64,000 bases of DNA from Priapulus caudatus. Taxonomy: Eukaryota. Made by a program: the position numbers and the translations under genes. Of this stretch, positions 13,665 through 26,320 are shown in pieces (position 1 is the stretch's first letter; each line of letters starts with the position of its first letter). Where the stretch lies: the NCBI RefSeq assembly GCF_000485595.1, contig NW_014577081.1, forward strand, positions 701,671-765,670, given 5' to 3'. The notes under the pieces are model-generated. The model ran no database searches and was not told where the DNA came from. It saw only the letters and a program-made list of their open reading frames with translations.

Positions 13665-13824
13665 GTGACTCTCCCGCCGAGCATGTTGTCAGTCTACCGC
13701 TGTTTGACGACGCGCCGCGGCCTGTTTACGTAGAGCGCATAAATGGCATGCCCGTCGCCACGGTGTCCCCCGTCAAGCTAGCCCGGCTCAACCCCAATAG
13801 CTCCATCACCGACTCGCCCGGCAG
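13665..13824 (+). CDS. Shab: Putative Shab C-terminal tail exon (GDSPAEHVVSLPLFDD...SITDSPG)
   Basis: TCTTGCAG acceptor, CAG|GTACAA donor. 160 nt, phase 1 to 2, stop-free in the required frame (translated by hand; not in the ORF track). Confidence 0.75.
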
Positions 13825-14209
13825 GTACAATATCGGGGCACCGCGCCAGTGGGCGGAACCCCGTTTTAGCGGATCCGATCCAGAGAGAATTCGGGTTTTT
13901 TGATTAAGAGCGGGGTTTTCGTCGCGCGCATGTAAATGATTTAATTTTCCCGGCAAAGACTCGCAACGGCAGTGGTTAGCGTTCGTTCTCGCAATTTAAT
14001 TTACTTTAAGATTTTAATTGTGCCACGATTATTATCGCGATACGCGAAATTTGTTTGAGCGAGCGAGAGGCAAAAATTGATTGCGCCCGAACGTGTTTTC
14101 GAAGATAACAAGGAATCGGACTGATCACCCGATCGCCACCGCATTTATCGATTAATTTGCATGTACTTTCGCACGTGTTTCCTTTTCGATTAGTTTTGTT
14201 TTTGCGCAG

Positions 14210-14418
14210 TGCGAGAGTTCCCACGTTCCAAATCTCGAGCGAGGTGCCGGTGCTGCCCTCCGGCGGTAATTCCTCGCCGCCGTGGAACGCGGGTGGCGGC
14301 GCCTGCAGATCTCGTCCCGAGCTCGGCCCGCGCAAGTCCCATAGTCCTCCAACAAAGGAGAAAACACATCCGAAGCAACCAAAGAAGCACCACCGCAGCT
14401 CTCCCTTCTGCAGTAAAG
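14210..14418 (+). CDS. Shab: Putative Shab C-terminal tail exon (SARVPTFQISSE...HRSSPFCSK)
   Basis: T-rich tract + GCGCAG acceptor, AAG|GTGAGG donor. 209 nt, phase 2 to 1, inside ORF 14157..14483. Confidence 0.78.
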
Positions 14419-14969
14419 GTGAGGGGGAGGCGGTTACTCGATCGTTGGCGTGGGGATGTCTTTTATTTCGACCTGGCGTCTAAGGGGGTTTTCGGGGGTA
14501 GTCGGGGTTTTATGCGTTTTAGTGTGTATACGCAGTGTAAAAACATTGAGGCACTGGATTGACTATTAACGGCTATAGCGGGCATTGCTTATTTGTTTAC
14601 TTCCTCGAGAGAGGTTATACGGTGTGGTGCCTGTTACCCGGTTTTAAACTACACTCCCCTCTTAAATGCATCCTGTCGGGAGACAGGAACTGAAGAAAGG
14701 TGATCCTTACCTCTATGTAGTCCTGAAAGGAAACGGAAAATTGGAAAATATTAACAAAAAATGTGACCGAAATAATTCTTTTCTCTTATGTGTCCATCTT
14801 TAGGTATAAGTGGGCGGGAAGGGATTAGTTCTATCTGGATATGCTCTGTGGGAGCAAGAGTTGAGGAGTTGAGCTGATCCTCGTCTCCCTGATGGGTTCG
14901 GGCAGCCTCAATTATCGATCGATAGTTCAAATGTTCGGCGTTGCGTCATCGCTCGCGCACTCTCCTCCC

Positions 14970-15166
<197 letters not shown>

Positions 15167-16663
15167 CTCGAAATCGCATAGTCACTCTCGATCGCTGCAT
15201 TCCGTTCTTTTCCTGGCGTGTCGGTCTGTCTGTCATTTTATCTTTCTATTTTGTATGTATCTTTGCACGTACGTCACCTAATCACTATATTTCTCTCCTT
15301 CGCTCGTTGAGGATAATTACCTAAATATCAAGTGTAAGCTTGATCTCTTTATAGGCATCGTTGTGAATAGGATTTTTCCGCCTCATCGAGCGATATTAAT
15401 TAGTACGTGGTGTTGATCGATATTACGGGGAGATGCAGGATATATCCCTCGGGCGTAAACATAAACATATCGTGTTTTACATATTCACGTCATCGCAATG
15501 TGCTCTGACGAGAGATTCACGAATTTCAAGTTTGAAACACTGTATACTGAATACCGCAATGTCACTATTTTCGCAGTCAGCGAAAAGGTTTCTCTTACGT
15601 TAGCTTATGGAAAGTTTATAGAGAGTAGAAATACGAACTCAATAACAGCAATAAGCACGCTCCCGTTTGTCATAACCGTGTACGTAATCCCCCTAAATTT
15701 GGTGGCAAAAAACTCGCAATTTTCCAGCTTTCTCCGTAAGCCTCCTTGTCGCAAAAACAGAAAACTCAACGAATGCAATTCCCTTGTTCGCTCTGCGTCT
15801 TTTCCATCGCTTAGAGCGCCTGCTATTAAGACATGCATCACGCTGTGCTAGGCTATGACGTCAGAGTCCTCCCATCGGCAGCATCCGTAATTGGGCAGAT
15901 TCCCGCGGCGGCCACTCGCCGACTCGGGCGTGACCTTCTGCCGTATATCCGCCCACGACCTTCACGTCTGCTTGTGGATCGATATCGGCCGCTCACCGCT
16001 CTCCCGCCCCCAACAGATCGCAGTGATCACCGTCACCAGTAAAGCCTTCTCGCACACGAGCTTCCCATCCCTCACCTCACACACGCGCCCTGGTGGCGGC
16101 ATCTATGCACTTCCTCTCGTCACACACCCTGTGGCACAGTCTATGTACCATACCATCAGGAGTGAATAGTAATTGCGATTATAACTATTAGTAGTCACTC
16201 CTGATACCACCATGTCGTCATTAACCTTGTGGCGCAACCAATCAGTATGCACTCCTACTTCTGACACAGCCTGTGGCGCGATCTATGTGCGATACCATCT
16301 TCTCGCCACTCATCCTTGTGGCGACATCCACGTTCCGCGTGCTCGTGTGCATGGCTGGGTGCCACCGGCTGCTGCAATCAATGAGCATGAAGGCTGTGGT
16401 CTTATCTGGAGTCCTGCCAAATACATCATTGTGCCTCTTTATATATTCCTAGGCGAATCCCTGCGACGTGGTCGTGATTAATGCATGCTTACCCGCGCAC
16501 GTCGCGTAGCTGTAATAATGATAAAGTTAATAAAGTATTACGATAATTTCTGAATAAATTCCGAAACCAACCATCAATCGCGATCGCTCGAATGCGCCTA
16601 ACGGTTCATTAATTGATGGCATTTACAGGCGACGGTCTCTTCATATTCCAATCGAAACTAATG

Positions 16664-16667
16664 CACA

Positions 16668-16748
<81 letters not shown>

Positions 16749-16787
16749 CACACACACACACACACACGCGCGACACGCACGACCACA

Positions 16788-16825
<38 letters not shown>

Positions 16826-16905
16826 GCGCACGCACGCGCGCGCGCACGTACATATATATCATTATATATTATATATATATTGTATATAATTATATTCTAC
16901 ATATA
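16664..16905. repeat. (CA)n then (TA)n microsatellite
   Basis: Directly visible. Confidence 0.95.
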
Positions 16906-17993
16906 ATTTAGCCAAGAGAAATGCCAGATACAAAACCCACAAGCACGGATGGCATAAAGAACAGGAGAAGTTAAGAGCATTGGAGCCCCCCGTTCCGCGC
17001 TGCTGGGCGACAGCGGCCAGAGACACGTGAAAGTGGTGTCCGGGTAGCGGGGATTATCTTTCTCGACAGCTGCAGGCCAGGACAGCCTATCGCCCGGAAC
17101 CGCTACCGGCCGCACCGGCGCTCAAGATAAATTACAGCCTTCTGTCAATTCTCAGTCTCACCACGGATGAAGGGTGACCAAGGAGTACTGTGGCCTGGCG
17201 AGAAGATCAATCCTCGAAGAAGTCGAAGGCCTTCCGAGCGCGAGGCAAGGAGCGACGCTCTCTCCATCTCAGCTCTCTCCTCTCGCGCGCGTTCACGTCC
17301 GCGCACTCGGAGCTACGGCGCGCGGCATCTCAGTCATCAGTCATCCTCTCTTTTGTCTCATCTCCTCTGCGCTCCTCTCGTCTCCGCGGCCAAAGCGCGC
17401 TTTATCTCTATCGTTACTTATATCTCTGGTGCGTGGGGCAAGACTCTGCTGACTTGGCATCCGGAGTCTGGGTCTCCTGTCTATGGTCTGGCTGTCTGTC
17501 TGTCTCAAACAGCTCCTTTGTTCTCAGCCATGTCTTTCCTTTTTCTCTCGCTCTCTGCTGTCCGCTGCACTCTCCTCTCAAGGTCTCGTCTGTCTTTCTC
17601 TCCGTATCTCTCGTTATCTCACGGGAAAGGACATCTGTCTCATCATCCCCTTCTCCACTCTCCTCCAGGACCTGAAAGAAAGAGCGTCTGCTTTCTCGGC
17701 AGGCTACTCTCTCTCGCCCTCTCCCTTTTCTCTCTCTCTTTATATATATATAGTATATAAGTAAATATATAATTGTAAATTCCTCATTTCCCGCCGCGAT
17801 GACGGCGCCAATCTTCAGTGTATGTATAACACTCGTACGGCTCCCTGCGTCTACGTCACATCACCGCAGCCGTAGCTGCACGCACGCCCCCCGGCGGTCT
17901 ACTGTATCGCTTGCAGCGCCGCTACTTTACGCGTTATATGCTAATCATCAGTGAAGCCGCTGTGTGTGTGCGAGTCGCTTCTGCCTGTGTACG

Positions 17994-18520
17994 TAACCCT
18001 AACCCAAACACGAACCCCTAACTCTACCCCGGCACTCCCGTAACGCCTAATCATAACACTAACCCGAAGCCCATCCCATTCTGTAACCCTTATCTAACCC
18101 TCACCCTAACCATTACCCTAACCATAACTCTAACCCTAACCCTAACCCTAACCATAGCCATAACCAATAACCCATAACCATAACCATAAACCATAACGCA
18201 TAACCAATAACCATAACCATAACCATAACGCGATAAACCATAACCATAACCATAACCATAACCATAACCATAACACTTACTCTACCATACCTTAACCATA
18301 ATCCCAACACTAACCCTAACGCTAACACCAATTAACCTAATCTTAACTGTACGCGTAAACCGCCCAACCTTGACGCGCTTAACGCCTACCGCCCTAACGC
18401 TAACGGCCTAACCGAAGCAAGTAACACTAACGGCCTAAACGAGCATGAACGGGCTTGAAGGCCTATTCCTTAGCCTAAGGCTAACCCTAACCTCAACGCT
18501 AACCCTAACCCCTTACCATA
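17994..18520. repeat. Degenerate telomere-like (TAACCC/TAACCA)n array
   Basis: Runs of CCCTAA and CCATAA hexamers. Confidence 0.85.
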
Positions 18521-18569
18521 ACGACTAGCTGTACACACTAAGAGACATTGCAGATAATTATATTGTGTC

Positions 18570-21065
18570 AATGCTGTATAGAGCTGTACACGTACATACA
18601 CCATCACCGTGTTAATGCTGTAACTATGAGCGGAACAGGCCATACAGACACAACATCACCGTGTTAATGCTGTATAGAGTTGTACACGGTACAGACACCG
18701 ATCACGGCGTGTTACATGCTGTATAAAGCTGTACCATGTACGGGCAAACCCCATCACCGTGTTAATGCTGTAATTAGAGCTGTACATGTACAGCCCGACC
18801 ATAACCGTAGTTAATGCTGTATAGAGTTGTATCATGTAGCCGACACCATCACCGTGTTAATCGTATAGAAGTTGTAATGTACGCGCGACACCATCACCGT
18901 GTTCAATGCTGTATAACGAGTCTGTACTACGTACAGACACCATAACCGGGTGTTACATCTGTATAGAGTGTACACGTATCAGACACCATAACCGTCGTTA
19001 ATGCATGTATACGAGTTTACACCTACAGACACGCATCACGTGTTTAATGGCCTGTATAGAGTTGTACACCTACAGAACCATCACCGCTGTTAATGATGTA
19101 TAGCAGTGTGCTACAGCGTAACAGACACCCATCAGCCCGTGTTAATGCTGTAGTAAGAGCTGTAGCCAGCCTACAGACACGCATCACCGTGTTAATGACT
19201 GTATAGAGTTGTACCACCTACAGACACGCATCACCGAGTGTCTAATGCCGTATAGAGTTGTACACGTACAGACACCCATCACCGTGTTAATGCTGTATAA
19301 GAGTTGTAGCACCGTACACGAACACGCATCCACCTCACCGTGTTAATGCAGTATAGAGTTGTACACGTAACAGACACCAGCATCACCGAATTATGCTGTA
19401 CATAGGAGGGGCAAGTATAAAAAAAACCAATATCAAGACACGCCATCGCGTGTTAATGGCTGTAGAGAGCTGTACACCTACAGACACACATCACGTGTTA
19501 ATGATGTATAGGAGTTGTAACAGCGTACAGACACCATCACGGCGTGTTAATGCTGTCATAGAGCTGTAACACCTACAGACACCATCAAACCGTGTTAATG
19601 CTGTACTAGTAGCTGTACCGCTCAATCAGAACAACCATCATCCCGTGTTAATGCGGTATAGAGCTGTACCACCTAAGCACAGCCATCACCCGTGCTTAAT
19701 GCTAGTATAGAGTTGTAGCACGTACAGACACCATACCGTGTTTTAATGCTGGTATATGAGTTGTACACGTACAGACACGCATCACCGGTGTTAATGCTCG
19801 TATAGAGTTGTACACGTAGACACCACACCGTGTTAACTGATGTATAGATTGTACACGTACCAGAAGCCAATCACCGAATTTTAAATGCTAGTACTAGAGC
19901 AGTACACATACCAGACACCATCGCCGTGTTCAGATGCTGTAGAGAGCCTGTACACCTACAGACACACCATCACCGCTGTTAATGATAGTATAGAGTTGTA
20001 CACGTACAGACACCATCACCGTGGTTAATGCCTGTATAGAGCTGTAACACCTAACAACACGCATCACCGTGTTAAATGCTGTATAGAGGCTGTACACCTA
20101 CAGACACCATCACCGTGTTAATGCTGTATACGAGCCTGTTACACTACAGACACCATCACCCGGTGTTAATGGCTGTATGAGTTGTACTAGCGTACAGACA
20201 CCATTCCGTGTCTAATGCTGTATAAGAGTTGTTAGCACGGTAACAGACACCATTACCGTGTTTAATGCTGTATAGAGGCTGTACACCTACAGACACCATC
20301 ACCGTGTCTAATCGCTCGTATAGCAGCTGTTACAAGCTACAGACACGGCCATCACCGTGTTTAATGCTGTATAAGAGTCTTGTACCGTACAGACAACCAT
20401 TACCGTGTTAATGCTCGTATAGAAGTCTGTAACACGTACAGACAGCCAATTACCGTGTGTAAGGATATATGAGTTTGTACGCACCATACAGACACACATC
20501 CCGTGTTAATGCCTGTATAGAGTTGTATCACTACAGACCACCACATCACCGCGTGTTCAATGGCTGTATAAGCTCGTACACCTACAGACAGCGCATCACC
20601 GTGTTAATGCTCGTATAGAGCTCTACCACATACAGACCCATTACCGTGTTAATGCTGTATAGAGCTGTACACGTCTACAGACACCCATCACGTGTTTAAT
20701 GCTGTATAGAGTTGTACACCGTACAGATCACCTATCACCGTGTTTAATGCCTGTAATAGAGTTGTAACACAGCTAGCAGACACTATCACCGTGTTAATGC
20801 TGTATAGCAGTTTGTAGCCGTCTCAGACACCATCACCGTGTTAATGCTGTATAGAGTTGTACACGTACAGACACCATCACCGTGTTAATGCTGTATAGAG
20901 TTGTACACGTACAGACACCATCACCGTGTTAATGCTGTATAGAGTTGTACACGTATAGACACCATCACCGCATTAATGCTGTATAGAGCTGTACACCTAC
21001 AGACACCATCACCGCATTAATGCTGTATAGAGCTGTACACCTGCAGACACCATCACCGTGTTAAT
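18570..21065. repeat. 44-bp intronic minisatellite, roughly 50-55 copies (AGACACCATCACCGTGTTAATGCTGTATAGAGTTGTACACGTAC)
   Basis: Period of 44 measured at 20825/20869. The last ~5 units are clean; earlier units carry many small indels. Confidence 0.97.
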
Positions 21066-21088
21066 GGTCCCGCCGTGGTTTACTACAG

Positions 21089-21198
21089 GTATAATGAGCA
21101 GAGGTTCCTCTGATGCCGAGGAGACGCCCAGGAAGGTCGATCCACTCAGCGACTACGGCAAGAAGAAGTCCATCCTAAAGAAGGACTACAGCAGCAAA
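21089..21198 (+). CDS. Shab: Putative Shab C-terminal tail exon (GIMSRGSSDAEETPRKVDPLSDYGKKKSILKKDYSSK)
   Basis: CTACAG acceptor, AAA|GTACGC donor. 110 nt, phase 1 to 0, with coding-like codon usage. Confidence 0.78.
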
Positions 21199-21261
21199 GT
21201 ACGCAAGCGCGCGCCATCTGCTATGTGTACGGCGGCTGTTTGTGTGTCTGTGTATGGGGGA

Positions 21262-21432
21262 GAGTGAATCCGTGATGACGTCACGATTCCATACTGCGGC
21301 TGTCTGTAGCGGGGAGTGAATCCGTGATGACGTCACGATTCTGTACCACGGCTCTCGGGAGCGGTGAGTGAAGCCATGATGATGTCACGACTTCATAGTG
21401 CGGCTGTGTGTAAAACCCTGGTGACGTCACGG
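21262..21432. repeat. ~52-bp degenerate tandem repeat carrying TGACGTCA palindromes
   Basis: GAGTGAATCCGTGATGACGTCACGATTC twice, plus two decayed copies. Confidence 0.8.
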
Positions 21433-22911
21433 AGCCGATGTTCTAGGAGGGGACGGGGGTGGGGGGGGGGTAGTCTGGGGAAAATGCCAAGCCTCGAGAT
21501 GAGACTTTTCGTTCTGTCAGGATTTAATTATGTCATCTTTGCTCGGACATGTTGCCTCGAGCGCGCCGCCCTGCCGCCGCTGAGCGCACAGGGCCACGCT
21601 GTGACGACGATAAAAACCCCATTTCACGCAGGGATACGAAGCTAACTAGCCGCCGCAGCACCGTGTGAGTATCGATCCGCTGCCGAATCGATGCATTCAT
21701 GGTTGGCTCGAGCGGCACTGTCTGTATTGCATCATCACGGCCCGGGGATGTTGTTAAATCACTCAAAGAACATTTTTTTCCTACAATCTTTTCCGATGCT
21801 TTTTTTCGTGCAGGCGCCTGTTTCACATCGGATGATGTACTCACAGAGCAAAGAAAGCATGAAATCAGCCCAGCCTTTGTAAAGTGCTTTAATCTTATGT
21901 AAGAAGTCGAAGGCAATTTGTTATTGTGGATTTGTTTGGGGTCCAAGGATATGCGAAGGACATTAGAACGCGCAAACAGTTGTTGCTATTGTTCAAGGTC
22001 ACCTTTCCTCTCCATACCCGTCCACCTGAAACCTAAATAATGGCATAATGCGCTGATACTCGACATTAGAATATTACCTTTGTAATTAAAATTCGCGACT
22101 AAACCACATGCTCAATTAAACCCACAGTCCAATTCGAATTAAAATGGCTTTATGGTGCGCGTGTGCTCAGCGCATCTCCGAGTGCTCTATAATCTATATA
22201 AGTATTGTTGCAATTGTCATCATCTGCAGCTCATCTGCTATGCATTAATAAAATAGCAAGCCGTTATATTATCTAAACGTATAATCTAAATGCATAACCA
22301 ACCCGTTTTGCTTGTTATTGGTTATTTTAATTTCACTTTCATGTCTCGTATCAAACTCGTATCAAACGAGTTTCTTAAAATGACCTCAAACGCACTGCAA
22401 ATAGAATGCAGATAAAGGGGTTGTAGCATTTAATTTGATTTAGTGTTAATTCAAACTAGAAATACAGAACTGCTCAGTCCTTGATACAGGTAATGTTAAC
22501 AATCAGGTAGTGGAGTAGCGATAGAACGGAAGAGAGAGTGTCAATAATGGATTGAGAATAAATGGAGAAGCGAAAAAGTGAAATAGAGAGGGGAGAGAGC
22601 GAGATGCGCCGAAACAATGCGAAGGAGAGACAGGGACGTGTGGAGAAGAAGCTGTATTATAACACACTGTAGTATAGACGAAGCATTCGCTTGCTCATTT
22701 CGCTCATTTTCATTGCTCATTTTCATATTCAGTTCTCATATTCATCTCATATTCGTTTCATATTCAGTTCTCATATTCATCTCATATTCGTTTTATATTC
22801 ATTGCTTATTTTGCTCATTCGTTGCATTCGTTGATAAGACACTTCATCATTTTGCACGTCAGTCTCTGGACATTTCTCTTAAGTAAACATACTTACATGC
22901 AGCAACCCCCA

Positions 22912-22958
<47 letters not shown>

Positions 22959-24398
22959 CAAGGCGTTTTTCACTGGCACGCTGCGATATCATCATGAAGG
23001 AAACGTGAAACTTCACATTGTCGCGTTTCACCGTACGTTATAGAAATCCGCCGTAACGACGAATGCGGTGCGAGCAGGCGACGGCGCGCGGTGTAAGAGC
23101 AAAGACAAAAGGCGTTCTTGTAAACGCATTAAAGATTAATACGCGCCGACATTTATTTTAATAATGTAAAGAAAGTGCAGTTTGAATTTACATTGTAGAT
23201 ATTCCGAGCTCGCTCTAAAAATATAATGATGCACACGAGAGCCAGCGTAAACAATTGATTTATTGTTTACAGTTATTGAATAAGAAGTTGCAAATAACTG
23301 AAAGTAATACTGAAACTTGTTACTGAAGTTGCAATGCAATTTCCGTAAATATCTCTGGGGAGTTGCGGAAGTACTGGATATTGCTGCATGAGCGATTATT
23401 GTCTCGCTGTTCGCATTCTAACATCCAAAGATACATCATCGTAAATTGAGAACGAAGTATACTTCACTGTGCTAGCTATAGTGCTAACTGGTAGAGCCGA
23501 CCAAAACCTTTTTAGTCAATAGATATAACCGTAATACGTTTTATGAACGTTGACATTTCACAAATGAGTTTGCCTATGCTTGCATGCGTATACTTCGTTT
23601 GTATTATATTTGTTGCGACTAGACGTTCGTATATTAGTGCGTTATCTCGGAGATACTTGGTCTCCCTCTCTGTTTCGTACGTAGATAATTTATTCATTAC
23701 TATTTACGCGATATCGCAACGCTCCGCTATGTTATGTAATTTGCAAATAGAACACAAAGAACTAGAATAATATTAGAACATGTATGTAGTGATACACACA
23801 GCGGTTGTATAGCCTCTGCGGGCATGCCTCCAATGATGACCGTTTACGTTCGGATTTTGTTGGCAGGCTGTAGTTAACATGAAATTGTGATTTTTATTCC
23901 ATTTCCTATTGCTTTGCGAAGATTTATTGTCTTATTTACTATCATTTTTGTGAAGGCAGGGTTGTTAACTTCGTCTTCCATCGAGAGAGAAGGAAACCGG
24001 GAGAGGAATAGAGAGAGAGAGAGAGAATGGGAGGGAAAGTCAGGGGTAGCGAAACATAACAGATTCTGTTGCAGATGCAAATATGCATATACAAACCAAA
24101 TTAATTTGACATTCATAAGAAACAAGAAGTAATATCAATAATAATCATATTTAATTATGGTTTTTATACACAGTTTTAACATATTAAGAAACTGACGTCT
24201 TTTTATTCATTAATGATTCATTTATTAATGTCACTAATGATCTTGATAGCGTTTTTCCTAACACAACTACACACTACAATAATTTGTTAACTTGCTCTGA
24301 TTGGCTATTGCTTGCTTGCTCGCTTGCGTGCATGATTAATTGATTGATTGATCGATTTATTGATAGATGGATTAATTTATTGATTGTTATTCTTTCAG

Positions 24399-25721
24399 GA
24401 GGAGACCGAGCATTTGCTTCCTGAACGTCTGCAGTCAATGTCGTCGGAGCCGTGGGACTCCGGCTACATACCAGGGGGCGCGCACGTCGCAGCGCTGCCC
24501 GTGGCTCAACGCGTCGTCGCCCCCGTGCTTGTGACGATGCTCGACCGTCGCCACGCGCGCTCGCAGTCGTTCTGCACGCAGCCGCCGCACGTGCGCTACG
24601 CCGACGACCACAAGGTTCGCTCGAGCAGCATGGAGACCGGAGACACGGCGCCGTCGTCGGTGTGGGACAGCCCTCCAGCGCGGCGCGCTCCCGTCGCTGC
24701 TACAGCCGCCGCCGCTTCTCCCGAGGCGGCTGCGAGCGAGGCCGTCGTACTGCCGGACAGGGACACGGTGCCGCTGAATCTCTCAAGTGTGATGAAAGAC
24801 ACGGGCACTAGTCCGCTCGGCAGTCCGCTGTTCCCGCGCGCTCGCACGAAGCCGCCAGCGACGCCGCCGCAGACGCGCAGCGTCGCCACGAGTCCGATCA
24901 CGAGCCCCGGCGTCGGCCGACGCGACTTCCCCTCCCCGAAGAGTGCTCAAGAGAAGTTGAAGATTATTGGTGCCAAAATCGCGCAGCGCTCCGTCGCCGG
25001 CTCCGACAACGATATGCACGACATCTTCGGCATGACGGCCTTCTCGGCGCCCAGCTCGCCGCGCTTAGCCGTACAGGTGCAGCCGAAAGCGCGCAGCTTC
25101 GAGCTGGTGCCCGAGCGCGCTCGCATCGCCGACCAGGCGCGCTCTCTGAGCGTCGGCATGAACCCGATGAGCGGACACTCGGCGCCTTCACTCGGCCGCT
25201 TGCGCACGCCGCCGCCGCCGCTGAAGGCGACATCTGGCGGCGGCAGGACGCCGTCGCCGCGTCATCGGTCTAAGAACGGCCGGGGCGGCGGACTTCCGTC
25301 GTCGCGCGGCAGCTCGAGCGACGTGCCAAGCGTCGTCGTCGTCGTCGGCGGCGGCAGCAGCAGCGAGTGGCGTTGCGTGAACCCGGCCTGCCTCTACAAC
25401 GCGCGCGCCGCACCGCAGAACAGCGGCGGCGGCGGTGGCATCGCTGACGTCACGTGCGTCTGCGGCATGGCGATGACGTCATCGCAACAGCGCGTCGACC
25501 TGGCGGACGCATTTCTGAGCAGTCGGCGGTCGACAGACAACGCTCACTCGGTCGACAGCGGAAATCCAGTCGAAGACAGCGACGGAGCGGAGCAAATCGT
25601 CGGAAACGGACTGTCAGCGACCGCGGTCGTCAACTCGGTAGACGGCGCTCACGTCGCGTCAGAGAAGAATGCCGACGCGCTGGCGGTGGAGGGATTCGGA
25701 GTGGAGCAGGGCCTATTGTAG
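24399..25721 (+). CDS. Shab: Putative terminal exon of Shab, 440 aa Ser/Pro/Ala-rich tail ending in TAG
   Basis: TCTTTCAG|GAG acceptor in phase 0 and a 1.3-kb GC-rich ORF with the same codon style as the pore exon. Assignment to Shab rests on phase continuity, not homology. Confidence 0.8.
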   Translation, partial: EETEHLLPERLQSMSSEPWDSGYIPGGAHVAALPVAQRVVAPVLVTMLDRRHARSQSFCTQPPHVRYADDHKVRSSSMETGDTAPSSVWDSPPARRAPVAATAAAASPEAAASEAVVLPDRDTVPLNLSSVMKDTGTSPLGSPLFPRARTKPPATPPQTRSVATSPITSPGVGRRDFPSPKSAQEKLKIIGAKIAQRSVAGSDNDMHDIFGMTAFSAPSSPRLAVQVQPKARSFELVPERARIADQARSLSVGMNPMSGHSAPSLGRLRTPPPPLKATSGGGRTPSPRHRSKNGRGGGLPSSRGSSSDVPSVVVVVGGGSSSEWRCVNPACLYNARAAPQNSGGGGGIADVTCVCGMAMTSSQQRVDLADAFLSSRRSTDNAHSVDSGNPVEDSDGAEQIVGNGLSATAVVNSVDGAHVASEKNADALAVEGFGVEQGLL

Positions 25722-26194
25722 CAAACTTAAAGAGGGGGTGTGACGTCATCCAGCCGAGAACGGAAACCGTGAGTCGTTATTTTTTTCCGTAATTTTTATT
25801 TCGGGCGTCAGCGGCGGCTGCGCACTTCTTTTGCATTTAATCGCTACAAAGGCTACCAAAAAGTAGAAAAGTGACGTTTTGCAGCTCAAGTGTGGTGTGG
25901 TGGACCCAAGCCCTGCACGCGAACACGCAGGGCAAAAATTGCCATTTCGATTACTTTCACACGTCAAAGCGCTATTATATATGTCGCGGGCAATTTCTGC
26001 AATTTCCCTCCATATTGTTTGGGGCAAGCGGTCCCCCGCCGTTTCAGCATTCCCGAATTCGCTCTCTTTCACAAACAAGTGCTTCCGCAGCGCATTAATG
26101 CGACGCTGACGGTGGAGTTAACTTTAACACTTTCTCCATCCAAGCGTGAGCTCAAAATGTTAGCAGGTCGCATTAAAAGCTGCGCGCATACACG

Positions 26195-26320
<126 letters not shown>

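Noticed and set aside
13965..14000. GGCAGTGGTTAGCG resembling a tRNA A-box/D-arm
   Set aside because: No B-box/T-arm or cloverleaf follows
14665..14740. Hairpin TCCTGTC/GACAGGA followed by CTGAAGA...GAAA, hammerhead-like
   Set aside because: No NUH cleavage triplet or stem III pairing, and the stem II register does not fit
16905..17740. 197-aa ORF 17167..17760 and neighbours
   Set aside because: CT-biased, garbled-looking sequence between TA tracts with no splice or homology support; likely low-quality read sequence
18570..21065. CRISPR-like regular repeats
   Set aside because: Head-to-tail units without unique spacers, eukaryotic context and no cas genes
24560..25060. Kv2 PRC/phospho-FFAT motif candidates (SQSFCTQ, TAFSAPS)
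   Set aside because: They do not fit the SFxSCxT/FFAT core spacing
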